Positions 22,748-32,584 of a stretch of 32,584 nt of DNA are shown in pieces. Origin of the DNA: Phoronis australis (Eukaryota > Animalia > Phoronida); the NCBI GenBank assembly GCA_002633005.1, contig NMRA01001268.1, positions 1 through 32,584 on the forward strand, given 5' to 3'. The notes under the pieces are model-generated. The model saw only the letters and a program-made list of their open reading frames with translations, made no database searches and was not told the DNA's origin. The position numbers were made by a program, and so were the translations under genes. The stretch's first letter is position 1; every line of letters starts with the position of its first letter.

Positions 22748-24756
22748 GATGATAACGCGCCATATTCGGGCTGTGAATAATGTACATAAGGGACGGTGGC
22801 ATTAGCATTGTCAATAAAGTTATATTACATCATATTATACGATTTTTTCTCTGAAAAATGTTAATCAAAGACAACTCACAAATATGTAATAGCAATTTTA
22901 AAAACGGATTCCATTAATTTTGTGTGTTGTCTGCACTGCGCATACCAACCGAGATTATCTTTACATACTTTACCTGACGTACAAACTTCGATTAATTTAG
23001 ATCAATGGATAAAGAGCGTGAATAAAACGTTTTTCTTAAATTTAGTGATGTGACTTCATGTGCAAGGATACAACACCGTTCCTGAAATCAAAATAATTCT
23101 TTTCGGTTTCAGTTTCATTGATCACAAGAACGACTAACGTGACACTACAGTCGAGAAGAATCACTTTCCGAGATCAGCCTCAGCTCAGAATCCAACTAAA
23201 CAAATTTTTGCGTCGCAAGGAAACGTTTTGTTACCTGCGCTGTATACCAGCATCAATATGTGGAGAGTATTTCAAGCGTACTTTCACTGGTGAAATCACA
23301 GAACTTGATGTCAGCGTATGTCTGGCAAATAACGGCTTTAATTGGAGATTTGTAGTAAAATCGCACAACGCAAGGAATAGTCTGGGGTTTGTTTAGCTCT
23401 GTTAAAAGCTTGTAAGTTCAAAAATTTTATTCCACTCAATCCCAAGCTGGTGTTTTTCGGTCGTGAAAATGATAACGTCCCTTTAACCAATGTATTTTGT
23501 TTCGGCGGTAATGAAAATCTTAAGTATGCAATAATACTGATTATAAGAGCCGACAATTTCAATTAAAACGAGCACTATGTAATCGCAGTTTAATCCACGA
23601 ATGCACCGTTTAATCAATAATTCCAATTAGAATACCAAAAACTAGCTCTCTTGATATGTTGCATTAATGCGGACTATTTTAAGTTAGAAAAATGTTAATT
23701 GCACACTTGAGAGCACTAATATCACAGCTATTTCACATTGTAGAAATATGATAATGTTATTGACGTGGTGAATAGAATTTTGGTATTGAAAATAGAGAAC
23801 ACTGCACAATCTTTTGTGGTTGAACTCGATGATAACGCGCCATATTCGGGCTGTGAATAAAAACAAAGGATGGTGGTCTTTTCAGTAAAGTTATATTGTG
23901 TAATATTAAACGATTTTTTTCTCTGAAAATGCTAAACTCGCACATATGTGATGGCCATTTAAACAAAACTTCACATTAATTTTGTGTGCTGTCCACGCCA
24001 CACATACCAACCGAGATTATCACACTTAGCCTGACGTCCAAAATTCGATTGCTTTCAATCAGTCGTTAAAGGGCGTGAATGAGCAATTTTTCTTTATTGA
24101 TTTAATGGTGTGACTTCATGTGCAAGGATACGACACTGTTCCTGAAATCAATATAGTTCTTTTTGGTTTCAGTTTATTTGATCACGTGAACGACTAACGC
24201 AACACTACAGTCAAGAAGAATCACTTTCCGAGATCAGCCCCAGCTCGGAATCGAACTTAACAAATTCTTGCACCGGAGTCAGAAGTTTCGTTAGCTGCGC
24301 TAAATCCCAGCATCAGTAGGCCCATGTGGGAGAGTACTTCAAGCGTACTTCACTGGAGAAGTCACAGGAATTCACTTCAGCTGATGTGTGAAAAATAACG
24401 GCGGCAATTGAGATTTGTAATAAAATCACTAATCAAACCGTTCAAAAATTTTATCCCACTCAATCCCAAACTTGCGTTTTTCGGCAGTGAAAATGATAAC
24501 GTCCCTTTAACCAATGTATTTTGTTTTGACGATAATGAAATATTACGTGTGCAATAATATTGATGAAGAATTTTAAGAGCGACAATTTCAATTAAAACGA
24601 GGACTAAGTAATCACTAACAAATTTGATATATTGCATTAGTACGACGGTTGAGAACACTATGATCACAGTTATTTCATATTGTAGAAATATGATAATGTT
24701 ATTGACGTCCTGAATAGAATTTTGGTATTGAAAATTGAGAACAGCGCACAATCTTT
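22748..24756. repeat. Old tandem duplication (1080 bp unit plus ~930 bp unit), possibly a decayed LINE 3' end on +
   Basis: GATGATAACGCGCCATATTCGGGCTGTGAATAA at 22748 and 23828; colinear blocks through AATAGAATTTTGGTATTGAAAAT; many substitutions and indels. Confidence 0.9.
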
Positions 24757-25076
24757 ACAACACGTGTTTCACTCGAACAGAAATGTGAGAAACAGCGTTT
24801 TATGACGATAAAATGTCGTCGCGCACAACTACGCACAGGTAAAACAGGTCTGTAAAAAAGGTAAACACACGTACTTTATAATATAACTACAATGATCATT
24901 CAAATGCACGAGACCTTCAGGTATAAATGTGCTGATTTTTGTCAAATTTTTATTCGAATTTTTAGCCAAAATACGTCCAATATTACTTTGTCGTCTGCAC
25001 ACAATGTTACATACAGACTTCAAGAATTTCAAACAGTTATTTCACAAAACATTTCATCAAAACATTATCACAAACA

Positions 25077-25082
25077 TTTATT
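25077..25082 (-). promoter_or_regulatory. Candidate polyadenylation signal of the TRIM gene
   Basis: AATAAA on the minus strand about 30 nt after the stop codon; an alternative lies at 24949-24954. Confidence 0.35.
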
Positions 25083-25111
25083 CAACCAGGTGATGGTACA
25101 GGTGTGTTAAA

Positions 25112-26068
25112 TTAGATATCAAGATAACTAAACTCCTTCACATCACCGTCCCTCTCCAGTACATACACCTTCCCTGGGCCTGATGGACATATGGCTGTAG
25201 GTATGCAGACATCATCCTTCGTGGCGATCACGTGTGCACGTGCAGGGGTCAATAGACGGATACATTCATTGAAGTAATCAGCCAGGAGAATGTGGCCGAA
25301 CTGATCCACACACACACCCCACGGCACACCCAGTCCATCACTGAATGTGTGTATAACGGCCGGCTGTGTGGGGTCAATAACGCACACACGTGGGGGTGTC
25401 TCCTGGCTCACCACCACATGTCCAGTGTTCTCATCCACACATATATAGTCTGGTGAGAACTCACTCAGACCCAGGAAGCGGGCGTCTATTTGATGATGGA
25501 TCTCACAATCAAAGTCAGTGTATAACACCTGTCCACCTCCTGTATCCCCCACTATCAGCTGGTCGGTGTGACATGTAATACACCCCTCACCTTCATACAC
25601 ACCTGGGTAGACCTTCACCAGTTGACCTCTGGCGTTATACTTGACAACACCCTGAATGCCGCCGTCAGTGATGAAGATCTCACCAAGTCTATTACATGTC
25701 ACATCAAGAGGGTCCTGCAGTTGGTGCTGGGAGGTGTTTAACGTGAATTTGAATGTCAAGGTATTTTTATTATACACCTTGACATTCTTGTTCGTACTGT
25801 CCGTTACAACCACCACCCCATCACCCACTGCCAGCCCCACACAACAGCCTACCCTCTCCCCTTCAAGCAGACTGCTAAATCTCCGCTCAAGTTGAACATG
25901 TTTAACAGCCAGTTCAGTGGTCACACGGTGGACAGGTGATTTACTGGAAACTGCAACAACCGAGGCAAAATTTTCAAAAACATTGGATGATATATTTTCG
26001 TCTTCCATTTTTTTCATAATATTCACAGCTACATTTGGAACTGCAATTGTCACAGGTTGTATTTCAAA
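25112..26068 (-). CDS. TRIM-NHL protein, C-terminal part (linker plus NHL-type beta-propeller) to the stop; 5' end lost at the N gap
   Basis: Open frame with repeats GLAVGDGVVVVTDSTNKNVKVY, PLDVTCNRLGEIFITD, PDYICVDENTGHVVVS, PWGVCVDQFGHILLADYFNECIRLL, PTAICPSGPGKVYV; TAA at 25112-25114. Confidence 0.9.
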   Translation of the reverse strand, partial: FEIQPVTIAVPNVAVNIMKKMEDENISSNVFENFASVVAVSSKSPVHRVTTELAVKHVQLERRFSSLLEGERVGCCVGLAVGDGVVVVTDSTNKNVKVYNKNTLTFKFTLNTSQHQLQDPLDVTCNRLGEIFITDGGIQGVVKYNARGQLVKVYPGVYEGEGCITCHTDQLIVGDTGGGQVLYTDFDCEIHHQIDARFLGLSEFSPDYICVDENTGHVVVSQETPPRVCVIDPTQPAVIHTFSDGLGVPWGVCVDQFGHILLADYFNECIRLLTPARAHVIATKDDVCIPTAICPSGPGKVYVLERDGDVKEFSYLDI

Positions 26069-26069
26069 N
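26069..26069. other. Assembly gap (single N) joining two overlapping, divergent versions of the TRIM gene
   Basis: 25394-26068 and 26070-26744 are homologous 675 bp segments abutting the N. Confidence 0.9.
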
Positions 26070-27581
26070 GGGTGTCTCCTGGCTCACCACCACATGTCCA
26101 GTGTTCTCATCCACACATATACGGTATGGTGAGAACTTACTCAGACCCAGGGAGGGGGCGTCTATTTCATGATGGACCTTACATTCAAAGTCCGTGTACA
26201 ACACCCGTCCACCGTCTCTATCCGCCACTATCAGCTGGTCGGTGTGACATGTAATACACCCCTCACCTTTATACACACCTGGGTAGACCTTCACCAGTTG
26301 ACCTCTGGCGTCATACTTGACAACACCGTGAATGTCGTGGTCGGTGATGAAGATCTCACCAAGTCTATTACATGTCACATCAAGAAGGTACTGCAGTCGG
26401 TGCTGGGAGGTGTTTAACGTGAATTTGAATGTCAAGGTGTTTTTATCAAACACCTTGACATTCTTGTTCTCACAGTCCGTTACAACCACCACCCCATCAC
26501 CCACTGCCAGCCCATAACAATTGCCTCTCCTCTCCCCCTCAAGCCGACTGCTAAATCTCCCCTCAAGTTGAACATGTTTAACAGCCAGTTCAGTGGTCAC
26601 ACGGTGGACAGGTGATTTACTGGAAACTGCAACAACTGAGGCAAAATTTTCAAAAAAAATGGATGAAATATTTTCGTCTTCCATTTTTTTCATAATATTC
26701 ACAGCTACATTTGGAACTGCAATTGTCACAGGTTGTATTTCAAAGACTGATTTTTCAACCCGCTTCTCGATTTGATCAATATTCAAGTTCTTAAGAAGAG
26801 ATTCAATCTCATTAAATTGTTGCAGTTTCTCAGCGTCATGACATGACTCAAGAACATTATTTACATAATCATATACGCTAGCAAACTTCGACCTGTTCAG
26901 TTCAGCCTCATCACAAGCAGCTTCTGCCTGTTTTCTCGCCGCCTCTACTTGTTTTTCCAACTCAGCAATAGCTTTCTCTTCATTAACTTTGACTTGACGA
27001 GTGATCTCTTCCAGGAAATCACTGTATACACGTTTTATCTCATTCTTACAAGCATTTTGTTGCTGAGCATAACTTTGTGCAACTTGCTGATGTTTATCGC
27101 GCAACATTTCCCACTGCTGCGTAACATCTCGCCAAGGTTTCAACAACTCACGCATCACCTCAATGGCGTCTTTTGCAGCAACGTCTAAATCTTTCAGATC
27201 GTGTCGCTTATGACTTGAAGTTGCGCATCGTGAACATATGGCCACCTTGCACTGCTCACAGTACATTTCCAAAAGCCGGTCTTCATGAGCTGAACAATGC
27301 ATTTTATTCATGCTGTCATAATTCGAAACAATATCACAGATACCGGCATGAACAAAATTATGCTTGAAGCCACTAGCACCTTCTCTTGGAACAGCAAATT
27401 TTGTTTTGCACATCGGACATGGAAATTCACCACTTTGCCCCTGTTCTATCATGTGACTGTTCAAGCATTTTTCGCAGAATGAGTGAAAACATGGCAAAAA
27501 CCTCTGGTCACTGGATCGTTCAAAACACACGGGGCACTCTACCAGTCGACGTAGCTGGACAACTGGATCGTTCGACGCCAT
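26070..27581 (-). CDS. TRIM2/3/71-like E3 ligase: RING, B-box2, coiled coil and NHL propeller (3' end lost at the gap); composite about 597 aa in a single coding exon
   Basis: Acceptor TTTTCTGTCTGCAG|GACATG; MASNDP...; C3HC4 RING CPVC...CFHSFCEKC...CPMC; B-box CSAH...YCEQCKVAICSRCATSSHKRH; Q/E/K-rich helices; NHL repeats; no filamin domain evident. Confidence 0.92.
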
Positions 27582-28902
27582 GTCCTGCAGACAGAAAATA
27601 ATTATAATCACTCAAGACATATTTCAGCATCATACCGGTGTTTTTTCAATGAACTAACCTTTGATAACCGATAGACATTAAACTGGAGCTTATCCTTATC
27701 AAAAGTCAATCACTTCGTGGTACAGTCCTAGGCAAGTTAATTCAAATTCAACTTCTGCGGTTTTTTATCAGAGCAAAACGTTGACTGCTTTTTGTATTCG
27801 TTCTTATTAACGTTTAACAACAACCATTTTAAGGTTATATAGGACCTTATTGACAAATCTGTACACTTAGCAAAATATCTGTACAACTATAGAACTTAAC
27901 TCTCAGCGAAAGTATATATTTTCTGAAAGCAGAATTTACCTAGAAGTTAGTAACTGACTTTAAACCAACCTCCCATTAATAAGCTCAAGTGATTAGTGTG
28001 CTTTTATCCTAAAATTTTGAACAAAAGGGAAGTGCATTCAAAGCAAAACCACGAGATCAATTACATGATTAAATTTAGTATGATATAAATGCTACAAATA
28101 AAATCTCAAAATCTTTGTAATAGTTATTTTCTAAATTATCAATTTCTTTTCGTTAGATGTAACTTTGATTTTTTCACTAAAATCCGCCCTTTTTTGACAG
28201 TCCCTGATGCAAAAGTGGAACATTTTAAATCAATACCTAACAGTGCATAAAGTGTAATATCTTTAATTTGCACGTAAATTTGTTCAGTCACTTCTGGGGT
28301 ACTCTGTAATGTTCCTTGGATTTGAAAAAAATGTGTTTGAGTTGGAAGGAAATGAACACAGAGTTACAGCTAGCCACCAAGACAACTAGCACTATAACAT
28401 CAAACAGCTTTACACCAACACCAAGGCTAGCTAGTTTGTAATAAGGTTTAGAAAGTAAGCAACTACATAAAATGTTTACTATGCACGGGTACAGGAAAAT
28501 AGGACAAGAAAACAACATTAACACAAGTTGTCACAAGTAGGCCTACTAGTTACTTATTAAAGTACAAAATTAATAGGGTCTACCATGACCCATGTAGAAA
28601 GACGCAACACATGAAATTCACACTCTTACTTCGTTTATCAAAAGACATTGTTATACACGAAATACAACTCTGAAAGGAACATTCTACTTTTCAAAAAACT
28701 TGACAGCATTCTTCAACAAACATTTCTATATATGCCTATACAACACCTAGGCGCAACGCGTACGCGTTCTTCTGCAACATTGTTCCTCAGTTAATTCCAA
28801 AGTAGGTCTCAAGATCGGTGTGGCTTAAAACAGTATCGTGGATGACAACATGATTCAAACTTAATCTTTACAAACTTTCATTTCAGATTAGTGATAGCGT
28901 AA

Positions 28903-29030
28903 ACTTACTGAAACAAAACGAGTGTCGGCAGTTTCCCGCCTAACGCTGAACAGAAAGCTCGGTCGACACGTCCGACTGCTATCAAATACCTTCGTTGTCT
29001 GCGCTAACAGCGTCACGCGCGTTTATTTTT
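28903..29030 (-). promoter_or_regulatory. Candidate non-coding first exon and promoter of the TRIM gene
   Basis: The coding exon begins at a splice acceptor, so an upstream exon is needed. A consensus GTAAGT donor at 28903-28908 borders a CpG-rich patch (TTTCCCGCC, CGTCACGCGCG). Confidence 0.35.
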
Positions 29031-29826
29031 AGCAATGACTCATATTGCTCTGGCGATTTTCCAAATGTGTGTTCAAAGAAAGTACTCGGATATCGAGTTA
29101 TAGCCTACACAACTCCTTGCAGGTGCAAGGAAAGCGAGATTCATTGTACCAACTATAACCACAGCAGGAATCCGAGCCAACCCGCTTGCTACCGATGCTT
29201 CTAACGCAAATAACTGCAGTCAAATTCAAAAATTAATAATTATGTACATCTCAGAAATCAGGCTCTCCCGGGTTATTGCATCGCCGTCAGGTGGTGCCCT
29301 CTGACGGTCGCTGTTCCTGTATACTACGTCTTCAGGTGACGAGACCACCAGTTAGCTCAAGGAAGAAAACTAATTATTAAAAGCTGGAATGGTCTCGTGG
29401 TATTATTTTTCGTGTTATAAATTTACAACTAGCATAATGTCAGGTTTTACGTCAAAACCCGCTTGAGGAAGCCTGACCGGATCTAAGTAAGAGAATACAT
29501 TGAAGTGATCACGTACAAAAAAACTAAACGCGTACTTATTGTCGACTGGTACTAATGAATATGGTGTTCTTCCTAGTTTTCAGTCATTAACAGTTCCATA
29601 GGCTTCCCTAACGAGTCCGTTGGTCATCCCAACATCTGCATGTAGTCACTAATATTGACTAAAATTCACGTCCCCTGACTAGTCGCCTTCCTGCCCCCTG
29701 TATGCCAGGCCTCAGCCGAGAAAATCTCTAGGACACAACGGAAGGGACAAAATACATCATCAACAAGACAATAATAATAAAATCCATGACAGAACAGAAA
29801 ATTAACCACAAATTAATTGCAACAGC
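29030..29826. repeat. Dispersed repeat, copy 2 (unclassified, ~800 bp)
   Basis: Homologous to 1831-2563, with an extra segment of roughly 90 bp near 29075-29165. Confidence 0.9.
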
Positions 29827-30339
29827 ACGCCCCCCTCCCAAAAAAAATTTTCAGGCGTCAGGGTTAAACTGCGGCAACCGACATACGCGTGGGGCGGGTA
29901 CAGTAGAGAAAAAAAAGACTGCTGAATGCAGTTAAGAGAGAAAACTCAAGAGAACATACTCACATAGTAATAACTCTGTATCAGTGCATAATATGGTTTA
30001 CCTTTTGAGGACCCTGGCCTGGTTGTTGGGTTTCCGCTTTTGCACGTAATGATTCATGCATATATTTCGAAAAATCGACAAAACCTGTAAAGCGAAGCTT
30101 CGAAGCTTTTGCGGAGCGTATTGATTTATTGGATTTTTTAATACGGTAAGACAATTTTGCGACTGCAAAACCATATTTTCCAGAGGCCCTTCTCTGGCAA
30201 GGGATAACGGAGACAATTGTCTCTTTTTTCTCGAATTGTATATCACTTGAGAAAATGACCTGACAGATATATCATCAATTGCTGCACATTTCTTGATCTT
30301 TGAAAATATAGACATTTTCACATAGAGCTAGAGGGGACC

Positions 30340-31060
30340 CATGTCTGAAGGAAGCCATTGATGACAGTCAAGTGGCCACAGTTTTTATGTTTCTATTAAC
30401 AAATTCTTAAGGGTACGCTCACGGAGAGATGTCTCATAATGTTGGGCTCGATTACACCTGTAAGTATATTTTCCTGTTTTTTGTGAAATCAATTTTTATG
30501 TTGAAGAAGGTCACTTCCTGCACCGTCGTCTAACCACACGACGGTGGAATGAACAGTCATTCTTTTCCAAGCTTAATGATGTTTAGCTTTTCATAATTAG
30601 GCGTTCCATTTCAAACAGCACCCTCTCTCGGTGGAGCAGTTCGGAGAAATGTTCCTTTATCCCTCTATACATGTAAATCCGACACTGCCAAGTATTCACG
30701 AGGGAAGTTGGGATTCGAAATTCATTAAAAATGAAAAAAAACATTCGTGTACAGCACAGCAGTATCAAGACATTCGACTCAAAGAAGCAGAAAATGTGAA
30801 AAAATACAATAGGATTGACCGCCATCGAAAGGGAGTCGGGAATTTTAAAGAAAGTGAAGACCGCTGTTTGTTAATTACACAAAAGGACTATGTCCGATCG
30901 TTAGTTATAAAATAATGGAACTGTTTCCAATATTATCACAAGAATACTATCTCTTTTAAAGATGGTTACTATGAGTTGTTTGTAAGGAATTATAACATGT
31001 GGAAAACACTGCTGTCGAGGCTACCATTGGGGTGACCGTATACATGTCGAACTAGTGTAC
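30340..31060 (+). mobile_element. Possible decayed Penelope-like element (RT C-terminus plus GIY-YIG)
   Basis: Ordered fragments across frameshifts: AIDD (~30354), FLH/SSNHTT...VILFQA (~30515-30575), VNPTLPSI (~30673), ITCGKHCCRGY/IGVT (~30992-31037). Confidence 0.4.
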
Positions 31061-32565
31061 CCAAATACTTGCAATGATAAACAAATTAAACAAATATTTG
31101 AGCGTTTTTTAGGTCAAGTTAAACTAGAGAACCGTTATAGGTACCTCGGAAAGAACAAAAATACACCTCAATATGAATGCCCAATCTCTCATTTTCCCCG
31201 GTTAACAGTCAAAAATCTGCGACATGCCTGCGGAACTTGCTTATAATATTCCATTTTGATCAACAAATTCGTTTGTTTCTGATAAACATGTTTATGTATC
31301 TACCGACGGGTTAATTTGTGATTTTTGGCAATTAGAAGTTAATCTTTTAAGAAATGATGACGATTAAGGGAGTTTAGTTGAAGCCTGAATATGGAAAAAA
31401 TTATTATCCTTACCCCAAATAGTGAAGTGCACTTGGACGCTTTTTGCCTATCAAAAATAATTCTCAAAAACATTGATGAAATTAAGACGCTGTATCATTT
31501 TCCCTAGCAACCAGAAACTGGACTACCGGGTATGTTTCATCAAAGGATTCCGAATCGGCCACAAAGGCACTCATACCAGGCACCTCGGGACCTCACCTTT
31601 CCAGAAGATACTTCAAAGAATGGCCATAATAAAATGAAGTTTTCCCAAAACTGGAACAAAATAAAAGGAACCTTGACCTTCGACCCAGCTATAGTTACTC
31701 CAGGCAGCTCCCAGCTACTCGTCAATGCGTTCGGGGCCTAGACCCATTCTTAGTCTCCGTGAATCTTTGTTGGTTCACGGTTACTCAAATCCTGATGGCT
31801 GCACCTCCGGTATTACGCCCACCGATGGCGAACATAAGGGGTGGGGTTCGGTACAAATATGATGACATCCAGAGAACGGGGGAGGGGGGGGGGGTTACGA
31901 TAGCAAGGGGGTAGGTTGGCGAAGTCAAATTGGTTTTGTGCCTCCCCCCTACATATTTTTCCTTCCTACGGGCCTGAAGAGTCGAAAAATTTTGACTATA
32001 AGCCCATTCCCAATGAATAAGCATCACATTGAGGAACTAGGCACTTCAATTTTCAATAAAGCCACTGAGTCCGGTGGTGAAAGATTTTTGTCCGCAAGTT
32101 TACGTCAGGGCATGAAAACCAGAAACATCGCGCCTGATGTTGCAGAGACCTCACAAGACCATGCGGAAACAGCAGAATACTCCACGTGATTCACTATTAG
32201 AAACAAAACCTAAAAACCTGTCCGAGACGGATAGCACATTGTGTTTGCACGAATTTTGATTTTCCGTTGTCTTATTTTACCAGTCTAAGCTGCGTCACTC
32301 TGTTTTCGGATGAGTCATTTGATGCAACTGCTGAAACGAATAATAATTAAAATACCTTCTTTTTCCGTCTTCTGCGTTATGTATGCGCGCCAACTACCAG
32401 CACAATACGGTAGAAGTGTAGGAATTTTCAAATTTTGAATTGAAAGTGATCGTCAAAAATCCAAGTATGTTGTTCATCCAGTGTCCACTTTGATTGTGGA
32501 TTGGTGGATTGACATCAATGCCTGTACACGTTTGAACGTTTCTTTTCTTTTAAATTCAGTACACG

Positions 32566-32584
32566 CAGTGGCGGATCTAGGATA
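32566..32584 (+). mobile_element. Left terminus of a MITE, truncated by the window end
   Basis: CAGTGGCGGATCTAGGATA, matching 12782-12799. Confidence 0.55.

Noticed and set aside
25390-27601. Numerous plus-strand ORFs over the TRIM gene
   Set aside because: Antisense shadows of the real coding sequence.
27582-27611. ORF-track N-terminal extension MIIIIFCLQD
   Set aside because: This is the intron polypyrimidine tract and acceptor; the likely start is the ATG at 27581.
31700-31976. G-rich segment ending TTCCTACGGGCCTG, a possible MITE end or G-quadruplex
   Set aside because: No matching opposite terminus found, and G runs are common in the local MITE types.

Overview
AT-rich, transposon-dense eukaryotic DNA, most likely from a marine invertebrate animal (inferred from GT-AG introns, a DSTYK homologue, a TRIM-NHL gene and the TE types; not determined). 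It contains: (1) six minus-strand exons (3716-9150) of a DSTYK/RIPK5 kinase copy that appears disabled, with an in-frame TAG, the catalytic HRD changed to HHV, and no recognisable first or last exons; two of its splice donors have been amplified into 4-copy tandem repeats of about 46-50 bp; (2) a 1.9 kb Kolobok-like DNA transposon (TTAA target, long TIRs, decayed THAP transposase) in a DSTYK intron; (3) a decayed L1/Tx1-type LINE plus fainter relics (tyrosine-recombinase-like, Penelope-like, a duplicated LINE 3' end) and several MITEs; (4) an intronless RING-Bbox-coiled-coil-NHL (TRIM) gene split by a 1-N assembly gap, with two versions of the same 675 bp that differ mostly at non-synonymous positions clustered in propeller loops; (5) an unclassified ~750 bp repeat present twice, about 27 kb apart. 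All alignments and counts were made by eye. The best candidates for new biology are the apparently diversifying NHL propeller, the recurring donor-site tandem repeats, and TACATGTA as a transposon excision footprint.
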